Virus record (IMG/VR): IMGVR_UViG_3300009774_000187
Strand: one strand, 5' to 3'
DNA from: a virus
Length of the DNA stretch: 21,657 nt
The position numbers were made by a program, and so were the translations under genes. The notes under the pieces were generated by a model. That model did no database searches, was not told the origin of the DNA, and saw only the letters and a list, made by a program, of their open reading frames with translations. Below, piece after piece: positions 15,318 to 21,657 of the stretch (positions are counted from its first letter, which is position 1; each line of letters begins with the position of its first letter).

Positions 15318-15677
15318 ATGAGTGAAATAAAAGATAGTGGAGAAAGAACAAAATTTACAACTGGAGCAGTAAGGGATATGCACACAGGCAAAGGAAGATA
15401 TGACCTATTGCCATGGAATGCAATACATGAACTAGCACAACATTGCGAGAATGGGGCCATTAAATATGGTGAGCGTAACTGCGAAAAAGGAATACTAATA
15501 CACAGCTTAATAGACAGTGGAGTTAGGCACCTTAGCTGCTACTTAAGAGGACAGAAAGACGAGAATCATTTAAGGGCTGCAATGTGGAATATAGCCTTTG
15601 CTATAGAAATGGAATTAAATCATAAGGAAATGCAAGACATACCAGCGAGATTGGAGGACAAGCATGAAGCAGAATAA
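15318..15677 (+). CDS. dATP/dGTP diphosphohydrolase N-terminal-domain-like (DUF5664-type) protein
   Basis: 119 aa; GAVRDMHTGKGRYDLLPWNAIHELAQHCENGAIKYGERNCEKGI...RHLSCYLRGQKDENHLRAAMWNIAFAIEM matches the family pattern as I recall it. Confidence 0.75.
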   Translation: MSEIKDSGERTKFTTGAVRDMHTGKGRYDLLPWNAIHELAQHCENGAIKYGERNCEKGILIHSLIDSGVRHLSCYLRGQKDENHLRAAMWNIAFAIEMELNHKEMQDIPARLEDKHEAE

Positions 15678-15843
15678 GATACTCATAGAAGTTTGTGAGG
15701 GTAGCACACTTTATAAAGTAGATATAGCAGAAGCTACGCAGGCCGAACGTTTTGATTACTATAATAAAATCACCAAAGGACAAATAATAATTATGCTAGA
15801 GAAATTAGGAAATTTTAATAAAACAACAGGAGGCAATATATGA
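15664..15843 (+). CDS. Small hypothetical protein (59 aa)
   Basis: MKQNKILIEVCEGSTLYKVDIAEATQAERFDYYNKITKGQIIIMLEKLGNFNKTTGGNI; overlaps the previous stop and reaches into the ssb start. Confidence 0.4.
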   Translation: MKQNKILIEVCEGSTLYKVDIAEATQAERFDYYNKITKGQIIIMLEKLGNFNKTTGGNI

Positions 15844-16229
15844 ATAAAGCAGTAATAGTAGGTAGATTAACAAAGGATCCTGAGCTAAAGTTTGCGCAAG
15901 GAACTGGAACAGCGGTAACAACATTTACGGTAGCAGTAAATAGAAGATATAAAAGAGAAGGACAACCAGAAGCGGATTTTATACCAGTAGTTGTATTTGG
16001 TAAAATTGCTGAAGCGTGTGCAAACTACACTGCAAAAGGAAAGTTAATAAGTGTTTCAGGAAGTATTCAAACTAGGAACTATGATGCCAAGGATGGTACT
16101 AAAAGATATGTTACTGAAATAATAGCTGATGAAGTTGATTTCATAGAATGGGCCAGTAAAAAGAATGAAGCAGCACCAGTAGAACCAAGTGAATTGACAC
16201 CTATAACAGATGGTGAAATTCCGTTCTAG
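15840..16229 (+). CDS. ssb: Single-stranded DNA-binding protein
   Basis: MNKAVIVGRLTKDPELKF...TTFTVAVNRRYKREGQPEADFIPVVVFGKIAEACANYTAKGKLISVSGSIQTRNYDAKDGTKRYVTEIIADEVDFI...DGEIPF; full OB-fold plus acidic tip. Confidence 0.97.
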   Translation: MNKAVIVGRLTKDPELKFAQGTGTAVTTFTVAVNRRYKREGQPEADFIPVVVFGKIAEACANYTAKGKLISVSGSIQTRNYDAKDGTKRYVTEIIADEVDFIEWASKKNEAAPVEPSELTPITDGEIPF

Positions 16230-16277
16230 TTAAGTCGTAATTGCTAAATATTATGAAGTAAATTGGAGGAATACAAA

Positions 16278-16436
16278 GTGAAAGTTAGGGACCTTAAAAT
16301 CATTTTAGAAGAACTTGATGATGAAGTAGAAGTTATATTAGAGACTGAAAATAATGAATTATACGATTGCTACGCAGAGATAAAGAACTTTATTGTTGGT
16401 GAAAAGTTACCTTACTTAGTATTAGCAAAGGAATAG
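16278..16436 (+). CDS. Small hypothetical protein (52 aa)
   Basis: GTG start; VKVRDLKIILEELDDEVEVILETENNELYDCYAEIKNFIVGEKLPYLVLAKE; RBS GGAGG. Confidence 0.45.
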   Translation: MKVRDLKIILEELDDEVEVILETENNELYDCYAEIKNFIVGEKLPYLVLAKE

Positions 16437-16447
16437 GGGGAGAAATT

Positions 16448-16804
16448 ATGTTAAACAAAGCAATAGAAAAAATAAAAACTGAAATAGATGGAAACAAGAA
16501 TAATCATTACATTAAGGTGGTGGGGGAATTTCTTCTCCAACACCTTCAGGTCAACCCTAATGATTCAGAAAAAATTGTTCAAGAAGGAAAGAGCATAAGT
16601 AAAAGTTTTGATGAAATGAGAAAAGTTGCAGAAAAAAGACAAATTAATAAATGTGGGATGATAGATCCTACAGATGTTTTAAAGTATTTCGGGATTGAAG
16701 AAACTACAACCGCAGGTATAACAAAATCAGTAGTGGTTGGTCAAACACCTATAGCCCAGGAGAAGAAACTAGATATTGAATTTAATATTGAACTTGATTT
16801 TTAA
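16448..16804 (+). CDS. PcfK-like / possible AcrIIA9-family protein
   Basis: 118 aa; MLNKAIEKIKTEIDGNKNNHYIKVVGEFLLQHLQVNPNDSEKIVQEGKSISKSFDEMRKVAEKRQ...DVLKYFGI; immediately upstream of a PcfJ-like gene. Confidence 0.45.
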   Translation: MLNKAIEKIKTEIDGNKNNHYIKVVGEFLLQHLQVNPNDSEKIVQEGKSISKSFDEMRKVAEKRQINKCGMIDPTDVLKYFGIEETTTAGITKSVVVGQTPIAQEKKLDIEFNIELDF

Positions 16805-16818
16805 AGGGAGTGTAAAGG

Positions 16819-18354
16819 ATGTATGAAGATTATTTAAAACATGTAAATCTGAATATAACTGAACCAATAATGGAATTTGTTAATGAAGAGGTATTTGGAG
16901 ATTCAGAATATCTATTTATAAAAAAAGAAGAGGGAATAAATAAAGCTTATTGTAGTAAGTGCAAAAATGAATTTGATGTTGAAGATATAAAACATAATGA
17001 GGATGGAAGATGTCCATCATGTGGGGCTATTGTAAGGGCTAAACTACTCAGATATGGTAGAAAGAAATGTACTAATGATAGCTGCTTTTATTACTTTGAA
17101 AAATCAGTTATAGACCCTGATGTGGTAATTTGCAAAGGATATTACACAGTAAAAAATTATAATACAGATTACAAAAACCCCAAATTAACATGTAATTTAT
17201 ATGCAATTTATATTTTTGAAAACAAAAAATCCACTATGTTTAAAAAAAATTACTGGAATAATTGCTGGGATATGACGAGTTCTATATTTGATTTTAATCA
17301 AGGTTGGATGGCATCTAAAATGTGTTATTGCTCTTTTGAAAGTATAGAAGAATCTATTAGAGGTACAAAATTTCAACACATACCACATAAACCATTTCAA
17401 CAACATTTTAGTATGGTAAAGCTCTTTGGAGAGTATTCAGTACATCCGTCTATTGAGTATCTAGTAAAAGAAGGGTTTGAAGATTTAGTTGCTAGCAAGT
17501 TAAGAGGGTACGCAACGCATAAATCTATAAACTGGAATGGCAAAAACATATTTAAAATTCTAAAAATAAACAAATTGGAGTTAAGAGAAATAAAAGCTAA
17601 AAACATAAATGTTACTTTTCAATTTTTAAAAGTATTTCAGGATGCTAAAAAGCAAAAATGGGGAATTACAATAGAAGAATCTATAAAAATTGCTACGACA
17701 TATTCGTCTTATTTTGAGGAACTAAAAAAGATAACAGAGTATAGCTCTATAAGAAAAATCTTAAAGTATTTATCCAAGCAACTTATTAAATTTAACGGCT
17801 CAGAGAAAGATAAACATTATTGCAGGGAAGATAGTGTGCTTATTAAACTAAAAGATTATATAGCAGATTGTAAATTGCTTGGAATGGATATTAACAGAGA
17901 ACAAGTACTATTTCCAAAGGACCTGTACACTATGCATCAAAACACCATTAAGCAAATTAAAATAAATAAAAATGAAAAGTTTGATACAGGTATTAAAAAT
18001 AGAGTTAAATACTTAGAAAAATATATATTTGAATATAATGATCTTATTATAAGACCGGCCATGAGTTCAACAGAAATGGTAGAAGAGAGTGAGGCATTAA
18101 GTCACTGTCTTGCTAGTCACTATACAGAATCTTATTCTAATGGAAAAACTAACATATTATTTGTTCGCAAAGTTTCTGAACCAGATAAGCCTTACTACAC
18201 AATAGAGGTAAAAAAGGATATTGTAATCCAAGTTCATGGCAAGAATAATCGTTCCGCAAGTGATGATGTTAAAGAATTTATAAAAGTATTTACAGATGAA
18301 AAATTAGCCAAGAAAAAACGAATAATCAAAAACAGAATATCAATTTCGGCTTAG
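16819..18354 (+). CDS. PcfJ-like protein
   Basis: 511 aa; zinc ribbon CSKCKNEF...CPSCG near the N-terminus; C-terminal LSHCLASHYTESYSNGKTNILFVRKVSEPDKPYYTIEV...VHGKNNRSASDDVKEFI is PcfJ-like. Confidence 0.75.
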   Translation: MYEDYLKHVNLNITEPIMEFVNEEVFGDSEYLFIKKEEGINKAYCSKCKNEFDVEDIKHNEDGRCPSCGAIVRAKLLRYGRKKCTNDSCFYYFEKSVIDPDVVICKGYYTVKNYNTDYKNPKLTCNLYAIYIFENKKSTMFKKNYWNNCWDMTSSIFDFNQGWMASKMCYCSFESIEESIRGTKFQHIPHKPFQQHFSMVKLFGEYSVHPSIEYLVKEGFEDLVASKLRGYATHKSINWNGKNIFKILKINKLELREIKAKNINVTFQFLKVFQDAKKQKWGITIEESIKIATTYSSYFEELKKITEYSSIRKILKYLSKQLIKFNGSEKDKHYCREDSVLIKLKDYIADCKLLGMDINREQVLFPKDLYTMHQNTIKQIKINKNEKFDTGIKNRVKYLEKYIFEYNDLIIRPAMSSTEMVEESEALSHCLASHYTESYSNGKTNILFVRKVSEPDKPYYTIEVKKDIVIQVHGKNNRSASDDVKEFIKVFTDEKLAKKKRIIKNRISISA

Positions 18355-18371
18355 TTTAGGGAGGTAGTAAT

Positions 18372-19430
18372 ATGAAAGAACTTACTAATATCAATACAAC
18401 GCGTATAGCAAGAACAGCTGATTTAATAGCAGCTGAAATAACCAATATAAAAGAACAAACTAAAAAGATGGTGATTTATAACTCAATTGAGATTGGAAGG
18501 AGACTTATCGAAGCAAAGGAAATGATTAGTCATGGTGATTGGGGAAAATGGCTAGAAAACTCAGTTAGTTATTCTCAAAGCACAGCAAATAATCTGATGA
18601 AGATATTCAATGAATATGGTGCAGATCAACTTACATTTTTCAACGAAAATGCAAAATCCCAAGCGCTTGGGAATTTGAGCTATACGCAGGCAGTTGCACT
18701 ACTTGGAATACCTGCAGACGCTAGAGAAGAATTTGTACAAAACAATGATATTGACTCTATGTCAACAAGAGAATTACAGAAAGTCATAAAGGAAAAACAA
18801 GATTTAGAAGAAAAATTAAAAGATTCAATAGAATTTAATAAAAAAGCTCATGAATTAGCGAGTCTAAGGGGAGAGGAAAGAGACGAAGCTCTTAAAACTT
18901 TAGAATCTGCACAGAAAGCTGCAATTGAAAAATCAAATCAAGTTAAAAGTTTAAATGATGCTCTTCAATTAGCAAAGGATAAACTAGAAAAGGAAAAAGA
19001 AAACTCCAAAGAAGAAATTGCAAAGCTTCAGACCTTCATTGGAGAAGCTAAAAGCGTTGGGGATGATGAAGAGGTTGAAAGATTGAAAACATCACTCCAG
19101 GAGTTACAAGACGATGTAGATAGTTCAGCATTGAAGATTGATGAACTTGAAGCTCAGTTAAAGGCCAAGCCTGTTGATGTAACAGAAACAATTATCGAAA
19201 AGATACCTGAGGAAGTTGAGAAAGAACTCCAAGAGCTTAGAAAAAAGGCTAACCAAAGCAGTGATCAGTCAGTTATAAAATTCAAAATATACCATAAGGA
19301 ACTTCAAGAAAAGTTTATAGAGCAATTAGGATTACTGGAAGAAATTAAAAAGACTAGTCCTGAACTTCATGGAAAGTGTAAAAATGCTATTTCAGAACTT
19401 TTAAGCAAAATGGCAGAAAGACTTCAATAA
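18372..19430 (+). CDS. DUF3102 domain phage protein with coiled coil
   Basis: 352 aa; NSIEIGRRLIEAKEMISHGDWGKWLENSVSYSQSTANNLMKIFNEYG; long coiled-coil C-terminal part. Confidence 0.8.
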   Translation: MKELTNINTTRIARTADLIAAEITNIKEQTKKMVIYNSIEIGRRLIEAKEMISHGDWGKWLENSVSYSQSTANNLMKIFNEYGADQLTFFNENAKSQALGNLSYTQAVALLGIPADAREEFVQNNDIDSMSTRELQKVIKEKQDLEEKLKDSIEFNKKAHELASLRGEERDEALKTLESAQKAAIEKSNQVKSLNDALQLAKDKLEKEKENSKEEIAKLQTFIGEAKSVGDDEEVERLKTSLQELQDDVDSSALKIDELEAQLKAKPVDVTETIIEKIPEEVEKELQELRKKANQSSDQSVIKFKIYHKELQEKFIEQLGLLEEIKKTSPELHGKCKNAISELLSKMAERLQ

Positions 19431-19486
19431 AAAATATATTATGCAGTAGTCAAGCAATCCTTGACTACTGAAAGGGGATAAAATCT

Positions 19487-19834
19487 ATGGCTTATAAATG
19501 GAATGAAGATTTAATTGAAGATTGCTATGATAATCATGTTTGCAATAATTGCAATAAGGCTTTCATAGTAGGGGAAGAACTTTCAAAAGGTTGTGAATTA
19601 TCGTGTCCATACTGTAAATCCTCAAATATTGAATTACATTCAGGTATGGATGCAGAATGGATAGAAGATACAGGCGGGTTGTGCTGCGGTGGGATATATG
19701 TTAAATGTGGACCAAACGAAAAGTGTGAGTGGTCAGAAAGTGGTAAATGTTATCAATCAGATTCCCAAGGGAAGTTATGTTGTAATGGTACAGAATTAGA
19801 AATGTCAAAATGCATGTGTTATTCAGAAATGTGA
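19487..19834 (+). CDS. Cys-rich (zinc-binding) hypothetical protein
   Basis: 115 aa; CNNCNKAF...CPYCKSSN plus a C-terminal Cys cluster. Confidence 0.55.
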   Translation: MAYKWNEDLIEDCYDNHVCNNCNKAFIVGEELSKGCELSCPYCKSSNIELHSGMDAEWIEDTGGLCCGGIYVKCGPNEKCEWSESGKCYQSDSQGKLCCNGTELEMSKCMCYSEM

Positions 19835-19881
19835 TAATACAGATTCTGATAATATTGTGACCTTAATTAGGAGGTGTAACA

Positions 19882-20166
19882 GTGCAAATAATAAGTAAAT
19901 TATCTGATAAATGTAAAAAATGCCTACACGTTAATAGTTGTGATAATAAAAGAATGGTAGCATGTGCTATGAGAGAAATGAAACCCAATATAGCTGGTGC
20001 CATAGTTCATATGCCAATGCCACTTTCACAGCCAATATCGAGGATAGGTCACCCAATAACGATTAACATGGGTGAATACGGGACAATAAACACTTCACTT
20101 GAAGAAATAGCAGAGAAGTTAAAGAAAGATTTTTATAAAAGTTTCAATTGTTCATTTAATAAATAA
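19882..20166 (+). CDS. Hypothetical protein (94 aa, Cys-rich N-terminus)
   Basis: GTG start, RBS GGAGGTG; CKKCLHVNSCDNKRMVAC. Confidence 0.5.
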   Translation: MQIISKLSDKCKKCLHVNSCDNKRMVACAMREMKPNIAGAIVHMPMPLSQPISRIGHPITINMGEYGTINTSLEEIAEKLKKDFYKSFNCSFNK

Positions 20167-20219
20167 TTAAAGTATATGAGAAAAGTATTCAACAAAATAA
20201 ATTAAAGAGAGGTAACAAT

Positions 20220-20618
20220 ATGAAAGATAAAATTATAGAATTGCTTCATGGTTTAGAAAATGAGGATGCTTTAGCAATAATCAGTGAAGTATTAGCAGAA
20301 GAATTTGATTTACAATTTGCAAGTAAAATAGTCCTTAATGGTTATGAACCATGTATTACAAAAGATAGTTTAAATGAATGTTTGTATAGTGAGGGCAATG
20401 AGGAGAAGGGTTGTATAGAGTTAAGTCCAATATTGAAATTAGCAGAGGAAATATTAAATTTAGATGATGAATATGGTGACGTAGAGTTTGAATATTTTGT
20501 TAGATTTGAGAATGAGGAAGAAGCAAAAGAAGCAGAGCATGACAATGATTGTATGTGGCTTGTTAAAAACAATGATGTAGAAATAAAAGATTTGAAACTT
20601 CAATTTGACATGGGCTAG
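20220..20618 (+). CDS. Hypothetical acidic phage protein (132 aa)
   Basis: RBS AGAGAGG upstream; co-directional. Confidence 0.5.
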   Translation: MKDKIIELLHGLENEDALAIISEVLAEEFDLQFASKIVLNGYEPCITKDSLNECLYSEGNEEKGCIELSPILKLAEEILNLDDEYGDVEFEYFVRFENEEEAKEAEHDNDCMWLVKNNDVEIKDLKLQFDMG

Positions 20619-20648
20619 GTTCACACTTCAAATATCGGAGGGGTTAGG

Positions 20649-20798
20649 GTGAATTATGTTGATGGTGTATGTCAGTGGAAAAACTGCAAAGTCAGTGAAA
20701 TAACAGAAAGCGAAATGGATGAATGTAGTTTCAACAATGATTGTGAAAATTGTGGAATGAATACTAAAAGTGATAGTTACGATAACAATAATGATTAG
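20649..20798 (+). CDS. Small Cys-rich protein (49 aa)
   Basis: GTG start after GGAGGG; VNYVDGVCQWKNCKVSEITESEMDECSFNNDCENCGMNTKSDSYDNNND. Confidence 0.4.
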   Translation: MNYVDGVCQWKNCKVSEITESEMDECSFNNDCENCGMNTKSDSYDNNND

Positions 20799-20823
20799 TC
20801 GCAATGTAAGAAAAGGAGAAATT

Positions 20824-21015
20824 ATGGCAATTAAAAAGTTAAGGAAAGTTGAAAAATGCAGTTATTGTGGGAAAGAATCAAGAGAACTTATTAAGGTTGG
20901 CCCCACATTAAGGTATTGTGATTATCCTAATTGCTATGCAAAAGCGTGTTATGCACAGGGAGGAATATTAGCAGAAATGATTGTTAGAATGTATCCCGAA
21001 GTTGCAAGACATTAG
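20824..21015 (+). CDS. Small zinc-finger protein (63 aa)
   Basis: MAIKKLRKVEKCSYCGKESRELIKVGPTLRYCDYPNCYAKACYAQGG...; RBS AAGGAG. The ATG at 20824 is preferred over the ORF-track start at 20770. Confidence 0.55.
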   Translation: MAIKKLRKVEKCSYCGKESRELIKVGPTLRYCDYPNCYAKACYAQGGILAEMIVRMYPEVARH

Positions 21016-21116
21016 GTCGTAATTCAAAAAAAGTGCGAAATTAATTTAAGGAGGTAATCTTGTGTATATAAAAAATTTCAAAGTAGAGAATTGTATATTT
21101 AATAATCTTAAAGGTT

Positions 21117-21347
21117 ATGTGTGTAATAGATAAAGATAAAATAACAGGAGGGTTTGCACCTGAATTAGCAACAACAATCATTGAAATTTTAAAGAAATAT
21201 GGTGTTGAAAAGGCTAATATCAAATTGAAGTTTCAAGATGATTATCTATCAATCAATGATAGTAGATTTGAAGGAAGCGAATCCAATAGAGAATTTAGTG
21301 GTGGAATCCATTGTTCTTTTCAAGCTGACAAATTAACAAATAAATGA
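21117..21347 (+). CDS. Hypothetical phage protein (76 aa)
   Basis: Open frame, co-directional; start uncertain. Confidence 0.4.
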   Translation: MCVIDKDKITGGFAPELATTIIEILKKYGVEKANIKLKFQDDYLSINDSRFEGSESNREFSGGIHCSFQADKLTNK

Positions 21348-21412
21348 TTCACAATAAAAGAATTATGGCGCAGGGGAATATAGGAGGGGAAACCCTCCAA
21401 GGAGGTAAATAA

Positions 21413-21657
21413 GTGAATAGAGCAGAGCGCAGGCGAAATGAAATTAACTTAAAAAAGAATACACAGATAATTAATAAACTTACACCAGAGCAAGCAAAAT
21501 TAATGGATAAAATAGCAGAAGAAAAAGCAAACAAAATGAGTAATAAATATATAGATAAGTTTGGAGATTTAATAGATAGAAGTATGACCGCAGCACTATT
21601 GGATTTTGGGTTAGAACTTGAAGAAGCTGAATTAATACAAAAAAACATGAGTGAGTT
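21413..21657 (+). CDS. Hypothetical phage protein, 3'-truncated by window
   Basis: GTG start after AAGGAGG; VNRAERRRNEINLKKNTQIINKLTPEQAKLMDKIAEEKANKMSNKYIDKFGDLIDRSMTAALLDFGLELEEAELIQKNMSE..., open to the window end. Confidence 0.6.
   Translation, partial: MNRAERRRNEINLKKNTQIINKLTPEQAKLMDKIAEEKANKMSNKYIDKFGDLIDRSMTAALLDFGLELEEAELIQKNMSE

Noticed and set aside
21062-21133. 23-aa GTG-start plus-strand ORF (VYIKNFKVENCIFNNLKGYVCNR)
   Set aside because: It has a plausible RBS but very short length and overlaps the next ORF; insufficient support.
1-21657. tRNA, rRNA, retron, DGR or transposase
   Set aside because: No reverse transcriptase, transposase, template/variable repeat pair, or tRNA-like cloverleaf was recognised by reading. 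The RNA-gene part would need tRNAscan-SE/Infernal to be certain.

Overview
The window looks like part of a low-GC Firmicute (Clostridium-like) temperate phage. Its lysis-to-lysogeny junction carries plasmid-style replication signals instead of an integrase. In order, it contains: (1) the end of the late region: a truncated tail/fibre protein, a pectate-lyase-fold tail spike, a BhlA/UviB-type holin, an amidase endolysin and a small membrane protein; (2) an unusual accessory block of a 51-aa ribbon-helix-helix-like protein, a minus-strand 24-aa hydrophobic peptide, two small membrane proteins (one resembling a VirB2/TrbC pilin) and a 782-aa HerA/VirB4/VirD4-like ATPase; (3) a plasmid-like replication block: a DNA-binding regulator preceded by 18-bp direct repeats, a HTH Rep-like protein, and four 22-24 bp iterons right after its stop codon. 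The Rep leader has two mutually exclusive hairpins and a predicted countertranscribed RNA; (4) a lysogeny switch: a minus-strand XRE repressor, a consensus promoter with TACAAAATGTA-like operators, a Cro-like protein and a Rha-family antirepressor; (5) an early operon: replisome organizer, DnaC-like loader, DUF5664-like protein, SSB, a possible PcfK/AcrIIA9-like protein, PcfJ-like and DUF3102-like proteins, and many small or Cys-rich proteins. No integrase, tRNA, rRNA or CRISPR array was recognised. I interpret it as a candidate phage-plasmid with an embedded conjugation-like module and antisense-RNA-controlled Rep. Everything rests on sequence reading only; no database search was run.
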